Positions 46,516 to 56,700 of a stretch of DNA of 64,000 nt are shown here, piece by piece. The position numbers and the translations under genes are program-made. The DNA is taken from positions 32,001-96,000 of IMG/VR virus record IMGVR_UViG_2832702071_000001, one strand, 5' to 3'. A model generated the notes under the pieces. It saw only the letters and a program-made list of their open reading frames with translations. It was not told where the DNA came from and made no database searches. Within the stretch, counting starts at the first letter, position 1; each line of letters opens with the position of its first letter. This DNA is from a virus (Duplodnaviria; Caudoviricetes).

Positions 46516-46544
46516 TTGACATATTTTGAACTACCCATTACAAT
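46516..46544 (+). promoter_or_regulatory. SigA promoter TTGACA-N17-TACAAT for the yonO operon, bracketed by two 18-bp motifs
   Basis: Motif copies at 46489 and 46557 flank the promoter. Confidence 0.75.
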
Positions 46545-46600
46545 GAAGTTAAGATTTAATTATAATTTAATATAAATGTTGAAATGGAGGTAATATAGAA

Positions 46601-46762
46601 TTGAAATTTAAAGACCCACAAGACGAGATCAATCAGAGACTAGAAAGCTTCATTACCGATGCAGGTGTTAGAACAAGTGGTATTTGTTTTTACATAGATG
46701 AGGAAGAATGGCTATATTCTATTGATCTTTACGACTACATAACTGCAAATGAAAATGACTAA
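46601..46762 (+). CDS. small hypothetical protein (53 aa) upstream of yonO
   Basis: GGAGGT RBS, TTG start, open frame to TAA; not in the ORF track. Confidence 0.55.
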   Translation: MKFKDPQDEINQRLESFITDAGVRTSGICFYIDEEEWLYSIDLYDYITANEND

Positions 46763-46779
46763 GCTGGGAGGATTGATTT

Positions 46780-49308
46780 TTGGTAAAATACCTACAAAAC
46801 CAAATACATATGTATTCTTTGGATACAGCGTGCTTTTATAATCAGAGTGAAAAATCCGTAAGTGACAGAATATTTAAGTGTAGAATACATAAAAAAAACG
46901 TGGCAAACAATAGCAATCTGAGTGACAAAAGGATTAACGACCACATTCACTACATAAATAAAAGAATTGAAAAATTAAAAAATATATTAAATGATACATT
47001 GAATCGAAATAAAGATACAAGAGTTTTAGACCCATCATCATTAAAAGACACAAGGCTTATATCTGTTTTTGAATCAAATCTAACTAGAACACTTGATATA
47101 AAAATTGATGATATAACTGAGGAACTGTTTGTTGTAAGAGTTTATTATTTTCAAGTTTTGTATGATCTTATTAAAAATGGTTTTTATTATAACGGCGAAA
47201 AATACATATATTTTAGCTCTTCTGCTGGTCAAATACGCACAAAGAAAGGTGTATGGATTAAAGAATCTTCTTGGTTAAAACATCAGAAATCTTTAACATG
47301 TGGTTTAACTGTAGATGAGATAAACAAAAAAGGCGGAAGCAATATCAATAAATATTTAGCGTATATTGCTTTAACAAATAGTGCATCACAAAGAATGAAA
47401 AACTTTGATATTAATAAAACAATAGTTGTCAACGACTTAGAAACCAATGTAAATGAGTACGTTGATTATATTGACCGTGATACATATGAAATAACTAGAA
47501 CTAAAATGGATATTCCTATCGAACACACTGACGGTGTGGGGATGATACTCCCCTCCCTTTCTAATAAATCTTTTATGGTGAGGCTACCTTTTGTGAAAGG
47601 ATTGCTTGTTCCCTTTGACTTTAGAAAGTTTATTAAAGAAAAGAATGGATCACCTATAGTTGAAGATATTTATGGGAATAAGATTGATGTTATTAAAGAG
47701 GATATCCAGATAATCTTTACAAAATCTCAATTTAAAATGCACAAATATTATGATGGATGGGGAGATTATAAAGAAAGATTTAAAAAATATAATTGCCAAG
47801 CGTCTATGTTGAATGAAGAGGAAGATTACTTTAGCGAAGCCAAGCTAAATTATCAGATGTTACAAACACTGACATCTATAACAGATGAAGAACTAGAAGA
47901 AATTTGTGAATCAACCAATAATGACATTAGAGAAATTGGCTCAGACAAAGAAACAATGCTGCGTGTATTGGGGGCAACAAAAGAAAATTCACGAAAGAAT
48001 TATTTTCAAGAAGCTTTATTAATCTATCCTGAACTATTAAACGATACGCATGCACGTAAAGTTATAAAAGATGTTAAGAAGAGTCTTGTTAAACACGCTA
48101 AAGCTGGAAGAATAAACGTTGACTCTAAGTATTCTTTTGTTTCACCCGATTTTTATGCGTTTTGTGAATATTTATTTCTAGGCAATGAGAACCCATCAGG
48201 ATTACTTAGGAATGGACAAATTTATTTTAATCAATATGATACGGGCGATATAGATTTGCTGAGATCACCCCACTTATACAGGGAACATGCTGTAAGAAAC
48301 AATGTAACATCAAGTGAAATGAATAAATGGTTTGTTACAAGTAATATCTATGTCAGTGTACACGATGCGATAAGCAAGATACTCCAATTGGATTGGGATG
48401 GTGATAAATTACTCGCAGTTAATGACCAAACAATAATCAACGTTGCGAAAAGAGATATGGAGGATATTGTACCACTTTATTATAAAATGGAGAAAGCTCC
48501 TCCGAGTGAGATTTGCTATGAAAACATTTATAATAGCCTGATCCTTGCTTTCAAAGCAAATATCGGTGTGGTATCAAATGACATAACAAAAATTTGGAAC
48601 TCTGGAAAGGTCGATCTTGATGTAATTAAGTGGAAAACGATGGAGAATAATTTTATTATCGACTATGCTAAAACATTATTTATGCCAACTAGACCAAATG
48701 ATGTTGATAAAAAAATTAAAGATTATTCTAATGTTAAGCTCCCCCACTTTTTCATACATGCGAAAGATAAAGATAAAGCTAATGTCAATGAAGTTAATAA
48801 CAGTGTCGTGAACAGACTAGATTACATAATTGAAAATAAACCAATCCAGTTTAGAGTTGTTGCTGGCAGCTTTAATTATTGGAATTTAACAAGTAAGAAA
48901 AAAAGAGATTTAGATGGTCATATTATAGGTGAATATGAAAAAATTATGTTTTCTAAAAAATCCATCATATCTAATATGCTCAGTGACAACATGGAAGAAA
49001 GAATTGTTTACTTTAACAACTATTTAAGGCAGAGACTTTTAGATATCAACCCAAACATAAATGATGTTGTAGACTCTTTAGTTCATTATCTCTACAAAAC
49101 GACAAAATACAGAATGAGGTCACAACTTTGGGATTCATTCGGTGATATTTTGGTAAAGAATCTTTCGATTAATTTAAAAAATACAAAACAATGTGAAGAA
49201 TGTGGTGCTAGGTTTAAGTATAGTAATAATAAAGCTAAATATTGTCCAAAATGCGCAAAAAAAATTAAGAACGAGCAAAACAAACGCTATTACTATTTAG
49301 GAAAATAG
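46780..49308 (+). CDS. yonO: YonO-like single-subunit DNA-dependent RNA polymerase
   Basis: 842 aa; DWDGD catalytic DxDGD, HTDGVG, LRSPHL, KGLL motifs; C-terminal CxxC..CxxC; heads the late region. Confidence 0.9.
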   Translation: MVKYLQNQIHMYSLDTACFYNQSEKSVSDRIFKCRIHKKNVANNSNLSDKRINDHIHYINKRIEKLKNILNDTLNRNKDTRVLDPSSLKDTRLISVFESNLTRTLDIKIDDITEELFVVRVYYFQVLYDLIKNGFYYNGEKYIYFSSSAGQIRTKKGVWIKESSWLKHQKSLTCGLTVDEINKKGGSNINKYLAYIALTNSASQRMKNFDINKTIVVNDLETNVNEYVDYIDRDTYEITRTKMDIPIEHTDGVGMILPSLSNKSFMVRLPFVKGLLVPFDFRKFIKEKNGSPIVEDIYGNKIDVIKEDIQIIFTKSQFKMHKYYDGWGDYKERFKKYNCQASMLNEEEDYFSEAKLNYQMLQTLTSITDEELEEICESTNNDIREIGSDKETMLRVLGATKENSRKNYFQEALLIYPELLNDTHARKVIKDVKKSLVKHAKAGRINVDSKYSFVSPDFYAFCEYLFLGNENPSGLLRNGQIYFNQYDTGDIDLLRSPHLYREHAVRNNVTSSEMNKWFVTSNIYVSVHDAISKILQLDWDGDKLLAVNDQTIINVAKRDMEDIVPLYYKMEKAPPSEICYENIYNSLILAFKANIGVVSNDITKIWNSGKVDLDVIKWKTMENNFIIDYAKTLFMPTRPNDVDKKIKDYSNVKLPHFFIHAKDKDKANVNEVNNSVVNRLDYIIENKPIQFRVVAGSFNYWNLTSKKKRDLDGHIIGEYEKIMFSKKSIISNMLSDNMEERIVYFNNYLRQRLLDINPNINDVVDSLVHYLYKTTKYRMRSQLWDSFGDILVKNLSINLKNTKQCEECGARFKYSNNKAKYCPKCAKKIKNEQNKRYYYLGK

Positions 49309-49318
49309 AAAATCTTGA

Positions 49319-49414
49319 ATCCCTTGTGCCCCAACGGATTTGAGCGTTTTTCGGAAAATCAATAAATTTTAAAAACGATGTATCCCTTGTGTCCCAACGG
49401 ATTTGAGCGTTTTT
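49319..49414 (+). repeat. 33-bp direct repeat ATCCCTTGTGYCCCAACGGATTTGAGCGTTTTT, 63-bp period
   Basis: Copies at 49319-49351 and 49382-49414 with one mismatch. Confidence 0.9.
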
Positions 49415-49515
49415 TAAGTTAAATTCTCAATGATGCACTATAGGAAAGACAGAATAAAATAGCTCTTTTATTTTTTTCAATAATTATAATTTAATATAAA
49501 TATATAAAATTAACT

Positions 49516-50187
49516 ATGGAACAAAAGGAGATGCTTATGCCACTACCAAAAGACAATATGCTTTTCGGATACGCAGAAAAGCTCACAGGAGAACAAAGAG
49601 AGTACGTTAACGCAATTTTTGATAAACAACTTACTATCACCAATAGTAAAAGTGGTACAGGAAAGACGACGCTAGCCGTCTCATGTGCGAAAGTCATAGG
49701 GAAACCTCTTCTTTATGTGTTCTCACCCTGCGAAGAAGATAAGCTCGGATATACACCCGGAGATATTGAAGAGAAGGAAGAAAAGTATATACAGCCTTTA
49801 AAAGACGCACTTATAGAGATTGGTGAAATGCCTGACAAGGTAATTATGTCAAAAGAAAATATTGATAATGTGAGGCAGAGTAATTGTTGGGTTGAGGCGA
49901 AATCGCATGTTTTTGCTAGAGGGACAAACATAAAAGACAGAACGGTGATTATAGATGAGGCTCAAAACTTTCTAAAATCAGACTTGAAGAAGCTGCTCAC
50001 AAGAATCCATGACTCGTGTACGGTTATCATGATTGGTCACACTGGTCAAATTGATTTGCCTAATCCTAATTTAAGTGGGTTTTCTTCATATATTGAACAC
50101 TACAGAAAAAAAGATTATTGCAAGTTAGTAAATTTAAGTTGGAACTGGCGTGGTCGTTTGGCTAACGACGCAGATGAATTGATTTAA
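49516..50187 (+). CDS. phoH: PhoH family ATPase
   Basis: SGTGKT, LGYTPGD, RGTN, IIDEAQN and GHTGQID motifs. Confidence 0.9.
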   Translation: MEQKEMLMPLPKDNMLFGYAEKLTGEQREYVNAIFDKQLTITNSKSGTGKTTLAVSCAKVIGKPLLYVFSPCEEDKLGYTPGDIEEKEEKYIQPLKDALIEIGEMPDKVIMSKENIDNVRQSNCWVEAKSHVFARGTNIKDRTVIIDEAQNFLKSDLKKLLTRIHDSCTVIMIGHTGQIDLPNPNLSGFSSYIEHYRKKDYCKLVNLSWNWRGRLANDADELI

Positions 50188-50229
50188 TAAAATAACAAGA
50201 ATTTGGAATGAAAAGGAGAATAAAAAGAT

Positions 50230-50424
50230 ATGGCTGATTATAATCATACTATTTCATTTAAAAAATCACAGTTAGATCTAGAAGAGGGTACGATCACTGA
50301 ATTTAAGAGAGACTCAACTCTTACTTATCGTCTACTTGATGAGTTGAAAAAATTCGAAGGTGAAGGTCGTCTGATTGACTTAACAATCAAAGAAGTCACA
50401 GAGTTAGAACCTTCTGAAGAATAA
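50230..50424 (+). CDS. YonK-like protein
   Basis: 64 aa, TITE.K......Y.L...L pattern; synteny with SPbeta. Confidence 0.65.
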   Translation: MADYNHTISFKKSQLDLEEGTITEFKRDSTLTYRLLDELKKFEGEGRLIDLTIKEVTELEPSEE

Positions 50425-50437
50425 GGCTGGTGATAAA

Positions 50438-51694
50438 TTGATATTACCAGAAAACTTAAAGAGACGGGAAAATGAATCTGACATCAAGTATAAAGTAAGG
50501 CTTTGTGTCGCCAAATTAAATAAAGACATAGATTTGGATTGGGTTGAGATAAATCAAATATTAGGCTTGAATCAATCGGGAGATCACACTAGAAAATTGG
50601 CTTATGGGTATAAAGAAATTTATGACGACAATCCCGATTTATTTGAAAAAGAGATAGTTGAGGATGACAAAGGTGACTTAAGATACAAAGAAACCATAGA
50701 AATAATGAGTGACGGGTCTCATAAGAGTGATAAATTGCTAAGGATGTCTGACGAGCAATCTAAAAGTGTAGAATTTTTGTTAGAAGCCCATGGATACGAT
50801 CCTTCAGAATGGGAACTAACGAACGCTAAAAATAACATTTGGAATGTCTATTCTAAACAAGATGGGATACAAACATTATATTCTAGTAAGATAACAGCAA
50901 AACCATCAGTAACGGGGTTCAATGTAGATGATTTTTTAGAGAAAGCCAATAACAAGATTGTTCCCATACATATTAAAAATAAGATTGGTGATGGAACAGA
51001 TCTATTAGAATTACCTTTATACGATATGCATTTTGGTGTGAATGATTACGAATACTATAGACCTGTGAGAGATGCTATTTTAGAAAAAATTAAAAGTAAA
51101 AGATGGGATAAAATCTTTTTTATTATTGGGCAAGACCTTCTGCACAATAATAACTTTAAAGGCGAGACGTCAAGTGGTACACCAATTGAAAAAGTTGACA
51201 TGGATAAGGCGTGGGAAGACGCATTTAAATTTTACTGCGAATTAATTAACGAAGCACAGAATAATTCAAATAGTGTTGATTGTAGTTACTCAATTGCAAA
51301 TCATGATGATTCAATGGCTTGGGCATTTGTTAAGTGTTTAGAAATTAAATTCCCAGATGTAAACTTTGATACAAGTAAAAAGGTACGAAAGGCATATGTA
51401 TGGAATGGTGTATTCATCGGGTATGCACACGGTCACAAAGGTGCTAATAGGCTACACGAAAATTTCATTTCTGACTTCGGTAAGCAAATGGCTCTTGCTG
51501 ATATCGTAGAAATCCACAGTGGACATTTACATACAGAGAAAGCCAAAGATAAATTTGGTGTTTTAGTTAGAACATTGTCCACAAAAGGAAAGACTGATTC
51601 GTGGCACGAAGACAATGGGTTTGTTGGGGCAAACAAGCGATTTCAAGTTTTCGAGTATTCCCCTACTGACTTGAAAGCTATTCATTATATTTAA
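50438..51694 (+). CDS. metallophosphoesterase-domain protein (YonJ-like)
   Basis: DMHFG, GQDLLH, ANHD, AHGH and GHLH motifs. Confidence 0.8.
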   Translation: MILPENLKRRENESDIKYKVRLCVAKLNKDIDLDWVEINQILGLNQSGDHTRKLAYGYKEIYDDNPDLFEKEIVEDDKGDLRYKETIEIMSDGSHKSDKLLRMSDEQSKSVEFLLEAHGYDPSEWELTNAKNNIWNVYSKQDGIQTLYSSKITAKPSVTGFNVDDFLEKANNKIVPIHIKNKIGDGTDLLELPLYDMHFGVNDYEYYRPVRDAILEKIKSKRWDKIFFIIGQDLLHNNNFKGETSSGTPIEKVDMDKAWEDAFKFYCELINEAQNNSNSVDCSYSIANHDDSMAWAFVKCLEIKFPDVNFDTSKKVRKAYVWNGVFIGYAHGHKGANRLHENFISDFGKQMALADIVEIHSGHLHTEKAKDKFGVLVRTLSTKGKTDSWHEDNGFVGANKRFQVFEYSPTDLKAIHYI

Positions 51695-51712
51695 TACATA
51701 ATTAATTGGTAA

Positions 51713-51753
51713 GATGAGAAATAGTTTGTACGTCCCCTCCCTTATTTCTCATC
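51713..51753 (+). other. hairpin with C-rich loop (CCCCTCCC)
   Basis: GATGAGAAATAG...TTATTTCTCATC stem. Confidence 0.5.
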
Positions 51754-51774
51754 CAATGCCACCACAAATTAAGG

Positions 51775-52047
51775 ATGGTGGTTCTAGTGGAATATGAATA
51801 TGAAGATGTGCGATCTAATGTAATCATTGTACCTACTGATACAGAAAGTATTGGCGATATTGTCAATGAGTATGCTCTAATGGGGCTAGATTGTAAGAAC
51901 AAAGAAGAGTTAGAAGATTTATTTAAAATGTTTGCAGACGAAATGATATTGATGATTGATAAACATTACACAACTGAAATCGCATTGAATATGGTTGAAA
52001 GATTAAAAGAGATAGAAATTTTAAGAGAAGATTATAGAGATTTATAA
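51775..52047 (+). CDS. hypothetical protein
   Basis: 90-aa acidic ORF (true start perhaps a few codons downstream). Confidence 0.6.
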   Translation: MVVLVEYEYEDVRSNVIIVPTDTESIGDIVNEYALMGLDCKNKEELEDLFKMFADEMILMIDKHYTTEIALNMVERLKEIEILREDYRDL

Positions 52048-52099
52048 AATCTTAATGAGTTTTGAGATGGTCAAGATTCATTAAATATTGTTTTTTGTA

Positions 52100-52380
52100 T
52101 AAAAGAGATGTAAGTTGCTTTCTACTGAAACTCTCTCCGTCCATGTAGCGACTTCCCAAACACCACGGGTCGTAACGCAAGCATCGGGTTGTCAACGGAA
52201 AATATAATTTAATTAATGATATGTAAGACTGTCGGATAATCGAGAGCTTTGTTGCCGAGAAATTGTCGGCTCTATGGCGAAATCTATTCCGAAGTAGGTT
52301 CGCAACCTTGCCGATAGTAGCTTTGTTCAGTCGTTTTGAACGTCCTTCAAGGTGTAACAGTTGGGTGGCTACCAACTTAA
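52100..52380 (+). ncRNA. candidate structured non-coding RNA upstream of the terminase genes
   Basis: GC-enriched intergenic tract with nested stems (CTGTCGG/CCGATAG, GCCGA/TCGGC, GCGA-ATCTAT/GTAGGT-TCGC, GTTCA/TGAAC, AGTTGG/CCAACT), then a long hairpin and T-run at 52378-52440. Confidence 0.45.
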
Positions 52381-52466
52381 AGATCTTTTTAAGGTGTCTA
52401 TATAACCTATAGGCATCTAATAAAAGATCTTTTTTATTTTAAATCAGAATTAAAGGAGGTTATGTT

Positions 52467-53399
52467 ATGGCAAAAAATCCAAGCAAAAATGTCACAACAA
52501 TAAAGTGTAGTTGTTGTGGGAAGGAAAAGAAAATTACCGAGTTTTACTCTTCTCACTCTCCTATTCACCAATATTACAACAAACTACCCGTTTGTAAAGA
52601 TTGTGTCTTTTCTATGGTAGACGAAACAGATATTAGATCTGTGCAAGATATGCTTAGAATGATCGACAAACCTTTTTATCACTCATTATGGGAGTCATCT
52701 ATTGAAGAATCTAGTAAGACAGGGCGTTCATTGTTCGGTACGTATATGAAGAACGTTGTAATGGGTCAGTATAAAGGCGACACTTGGAACGATAGTGATT
52801 TTAACGATATCCCGACCGATAACAAAAACGGTGAATATGACAGCACAAACCACCCAAATTCATCTGATTTTAATAGGGATTATTTAATGAATAAATGGGG
52901 TTTTGGATATACTGACGAAGAATATGACTACTTTGAAAGAAAATATAATATTTTGAAGAATAATTACCAAGAGAAGACCAGTATGCATACTGAGGCGTTA
53001 CTAACCTACATAAGATATCGAGTAAAAGAAGAGATAGCTACGGCACATGGGGATAATAAAGCAGCAAAAGATTGGGGTACTTTAGCCTCAAATGCTGCTG
53101 ATAAAGCAAAAATAAATCCATCACAGTTGTCACAAGCTGACCTATCTGATGGTCTAGATACATTTGGGCAGTTAATTCGTGCAGTTGAAACATCTGAAGA
53201 TATCATACCTATATTGCCTCAGTTTAAACAAAAAGCCCATGACAAAGTAGATTTTGCATTATGGTGCTACGTTAATTATATAAGAGATATGCAAGGGAAA
53301 GATCTTGCCGACTATCAAGATATCTACGCATTTTATGAAGATCGTAAAAAAGAATATGAAGAAGAGTTTGATTTTTCCCAAGGAGTTAGTGATAATTAA
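52467..53399 (+). CDS. putative terminase small subunit/packaging protein (Zn-finger N-terminus)
   Basis: CSCC and CKDC; translationally coupled to the large terminase. Confidence 0.55.
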   Translation: MAKNPSKNVTTIKCSCCGKEKKITEFYSSHSPIHQYYNKLPVCKDCVFSMVDETDIRSVQDMLRMIDKPFYHSLWESSIEESSKTGRSLFGTYMKNVVMGQYKGDTWNDSDFNDIPTDNKNGEYDSTNHPNSSDFNRDYLMNKWGFGYTDEEYDYFERKYNILKNNYQEKTSMHTEALLTYIRYRVKEEIATAHGDNKAAKDWGTLASNAADKAKINPSQLSQADLSDGLDTFGQLIRAVETSEDIIPILPQFKQKAHDKVDFALWCYVNYIRDMQGKDLADYQDIYAFYEDRKKEYEEEFDFSQGVSDN

Positions 53400-55114
53400 T
53401 GGCTCACAACTTTCAAACGAAATCTGCAAAATACACTAAAAATAGATATGGGATATACGAATCTGAGTTTGCTAATTCCATAGATTCTAGAGGTGTTAAA
53501 GAGGAAGATAATTTCACTAAGAATTTAAACAAGTATAAAGACTTTGTTAGTTGGTGTCGGTTCTATCCAGACTTGTTTTATGATTTAATCACACCAGAAA
53601 CTGGCGGGATAAGATTAGACTTAGACCAAAGGCTTTTGTTGCGATCTTTATCTAGATTTGTTGCTACTTATGGTGTATTCCCTCGTGGTTATGGGAAAAC
53701 AATGATTGAATTAATGGGTATGTATCATACAGCTATATGTTTCCCTGATATAGAACTCAGTATGACGGCTCAAACAAGAGAGAATGCTTCGAAGCTGGTT
53801 GATGAAAAACATAGAGAAATAATTAAAAATTACCCCTTAATGAAAAATGAGATTACTAAGTTTTCAGCGACAAAAGATTCGGTTGAGATCATTTTTACTT
53901 CTGGTGGAAGAATAGATATATTGGCTAACCAACAGTCAACTAAGGGTGCTCGTAGAAAACGTTTAAATATAGAAGAAGCTGCGCAGCTCAACTCTCAACT
54001 TTTTTATGATGTACTAGAACCGGTTGTCAACGTACCAAGAAGAACAGTTGGTAGAGAGGCGCTAGTTAATCCTGAAGAATTACATGGACAAATTAATTTC
54101 TTTACTACTAGTTGGTTTAGGGGTAGTGACGAATATGAAAGAAACCTGAAAATGATTGATGATATGGTTAACTTAAAAGGGACTATAGTGATCGGTTCAG
54201 ATTGGCAACTAGCAGCTAGTTGTGGTCGTGGAGAGCCTAAAGCTAAGATATTAGACAAGAAAGCAAAATCATCTCCCACTTTCTTTGCTATGAACTATGA
54301 GTCTAAATGGGTTGGGTCTATTGATGGTTCTTTAGTAGATATAAACAAAGTGATGTCACTGAGGGTTGTTTCATCACCTGAATACAAGAGTGATAATAAG
54401 AGTGAATACATATTATCAATGGACGTAGCCAGGTCAGATAGCATGTCAAACAATCAGAGTTCCATTGCGGTTCTCAAGTTAAATAGGTCAAAGAGTGGAA
54501 AGATAAAAAAAGTTAGGGCAGTTAATATTATAAACCTTCCCAACGGATTAAACTTTGCTTCTCAGGCAATGGAACTAAAAAAAGTCAGAAAAGCCTTTAA
54601 TGCAAAAATAGTTGTTATCGATGGCAACGGATTGGGAACAGCTATAATAGATGAAGTGATGAAAGACTCTTTTGATCCACAGACGGGCGAAGAGCTAGGG
54701 TGTTGGGATACTATTAATACAGATAGAGATCCTGAATCATCAGATTCAGAAAAAATAGTTTATGACCTTCATGCTCAGGGAATTAATAGCGATATTATTG
54801 TTAATTTCATTGACTACATAGAAAGTGAAAAGATACTACTGCTTGAGAAAACGAATGATTCTGGGTACGACATAAATGATGATAACGCAGTCAAAAATAT
54901 AATTCCCTTCCTAGAAACAGATAAATTCATTGAAGAAGTGGCAAATTTAAAACTAAAAAAATTACAAAACGGAAAATATAATGTTGAGCGTGTTGTAAGT
55001 AAAATAGACAAAGATAGGTATTCCGCTGTTGCTTACGGGTTGTGGTATATCAAAAACTATGAGGATAATACAGAGAGTGAGTCAGATTATGATTTTGGCT
55101 TCTTCTATAATTAA
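53399..55114 (+). CDS. terminase large subunit (YonF-like)
   Basis: PRGYGKT Walker A, IEEA Walker B, SMDVAR and DGNGLG nuclease motifs, KDRYSA. Confidence 0.9.
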   Translation: MAHNFQTKSAKYTKNRYGIYESEFANSIDSRGVKEEDNFTKNLNKYKDFVSWCRFYPDLFYDLITPETGGIRLDLDQRLLLRSLSRFVATYGVFPRGYGKTMIELMGMYHTAICFPDIELSMTAQTRENASKLVDEKHREIIKNYPLMKNEITKFSATKDSVEIIFTSGGRIDILANQQSTKGARRKRLNIEEAAQLNSQLFYDVLEPVVNVPRRTVGREALVNPEELHGQINFFTTSWFRGSDEYERNLKMIDDMVNLKGTIVIGSDWQLAASCGRGEPKAKILDKKAKSSPTFFAMNYESKWVGSIDGSLVDINKVMSLRVVSSPEYKSDNKSEYILSMDVARSDSMSNNQSSIAVLKLNRSKSGKIKKVRAVNIINLPNGLNFASQAMELKKVRKAFNAKIVVIDGNGLGTAIIDEVMKDSFDPQTGEELGCWDTINTDRDPESSDSEKIVYDLHAQGINSDIIVNFIDYIESEKILLLEKTNDSGYDINDDNAVKNIIPFLETDKFIEEVANLKLKKLQNGKYNVERVVSKIDKDRYSAVAYGLWYIKNYEDNTESESDYDFGFFYN

Positions 55115-55140
55115 AATTTAATATAAAAGGAGGTGGAATA

Positions 55141-56667
55141 TTGGATATCTTAGAAAATGAAACCACATATGAATTCAACACATCTATTGGTTTCGAAAAT
55201 GTGGTTTCTCCTCTTAATTACAACACCATTAATATAGACAGTATTAAAAAGTGGTTAAAAAACCCTATGTATTATAATCAAGAAATTAGAAGCGCCTCTA
55301 GGGTTTTGTACAATAAAAATGGTATTTATGCCAACGTTGTCGACTATATGGTATCCCTCCCTACCCTTGACAGAGTTGTTTATGGTCGAAATAGGAAAAA
55401 CAGAGATTATCAGACGAACAAAGATAAATTTATCAGTTCTTTAGATAGCTTAAAAGACAAGATTTTAATTCGTGATAATTTGAGAAAGTTATCAATCGAT
55501 GCAGTCGCTTTTTATTATTTCCAATATGATGAGAACGCATCTTTTGATAACTTTATGAGTGATTATGATAGATCGCAAACAGAAATAAATAAATATGTGA
55601 ATTGTAATTTATTCCCCCTCCCCACTGACTATTGTGAAATTGTTGGGTTAAAAAACTCTTCTTATGTGGTTGCATTTGATTTGTCTTACTTCGACAATTT
55701 TACTGGCAAAGGTAAGTCTAAAAAGTTAATGAAGTATCCAAAGGAAATTAGGGAAGGATATAAACAATTTAGAAAATCTCCTAATAATCAATGGATAGTT
55801 CTTGATAATGACAAAACGGTTGCGACTAAAGCCAGATCTAATATAGATGAAAAATGGGGACGACCATTAGGTTTAGCTAGTTTCATAGACATTCTATATG
55901 ATGAATACTACACAGATACAAAACGAAAAATACTTGATGATGTAAATAGTACAATTGTTTATCAAACGTTTCCTGAAGGTAAAGAAAAGGGAAAGTCTAG
56001 CTTAACACAAAAGCAACAAAAAGAGCAGCACGATAATATCAAGCAGGCTTTATTCTCTAGGTCAAATGTCAAAGGGGTCAACTTCTTTTCTGTGGCGAGT
56101 GGTACTAAGCTTGAAAAGATGGATACAGATGTCGAATTTTTAAAAGTTAATGCTGAAGACGAATTAATTAAACGAATTACTACATCATTAGGGTTTGCTT
56201 CTAGTTTATTGAATGCAGATTCAGGTACTTCTAGTTCGCAAAAGGCAAACTTAGATCTAATTACTGCTGAGATAATGAGTTGGATTGAACAGATAAAATC
56301 AGAGTTAAATAAAGTAATAAATAAAAACATTATTAAAAATAACTCAAACTATATAGAAGTTGATTACCTCCCTATTACTCATGCAAACAGAAAAGAAATG
56401 GTTAGGCATATGAAAGATCTGTTTCTTAACGCAGGTGGATCTGTTCAGGCGTGGATAAGTTCAACAGGCTTCAATCCAGAGACGTATCTAGCTTTAATGG
56501 ATGAGGAAAGAAGTTTAAACTTTGACGAAAAATACCCACCACACAAAACTAGTTATACGACAAGTGGAAAAGATGAATCAACTGAAGCTAAAAAACCTAT
56601 TAATAATGATTCGGATAACCCGAACACCATTAAAAATAAGAATACTGGAGCTAACCCTATTGAATAA
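55141..56667 (+). CDS. portal protein (YonE-like)
   Basis: 508 aa directly after the terminase; WGRP and SLGF motifs. Confidence 0.75.
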   Translation: MDILENETTYEFNTSIGFENVVSPLNYNTINIDSIKKWLKNPMYYNQEIRSASRVLYNKNGIYANVVDYMVSLPTLDRVVYGRNRKNRDYQTNKDKFISSLDSLKDKILIRDNLRKLSIDAVAFYYFQYDENASFDNFMSDYDRSQTEINKYVNCNLFPLPTDYCEIVGLKNSSYVVAFDLSYFDNFTGKGKSKKLMKYPKEIREGYKQFRKSPNNQWIVLDNDKTVATKARSNIDEKWGRPLGLASFIDILYDEYYTDTKRKILDDVNSTIVYQTFPEGKEKGKSSLTQKQQKEQHDNIKQALFSRSNVKGVNFFSVASGTKLEKMDTDVEFLKVNAEDELIKRITTSLGFASSLLNADSGTSSSQKANLDLITAEIMSWIEQIKSELNKVINKNIIKNNSNYIEVDYLPITHANRKEMVRHMKDLFLNAGGSVQAWISSTGFNPETYLALMDEERSLNFDEKYPPHKTSYTTSGKDESTEAKKPINNDSDNPNTIKNKNTGANPIE

Positions 56668-56700
56668 CATCTTTTCTTTATTGTAAGGAGGTGATAGTAA

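Noticed and set aside
52052-52375. 107-aa minus-strand ORF
   Set aside because: Antisense to the late operon with no RBS; better explained by the GC-rich structured tract
52420-52437. An additional TAAAA-N6-TTTTA site before the terminase
   Set aside because: It is part of the AAAAGATCTTTT-armed terminator-like hairpin, so the match may be incidental
46780-55114. Introns or inteins in yonO or the terminase
   Set aside because: Both ORFs are uninterrupted and of ordinary length, with no intein or LAGLIDADG motifs noticed
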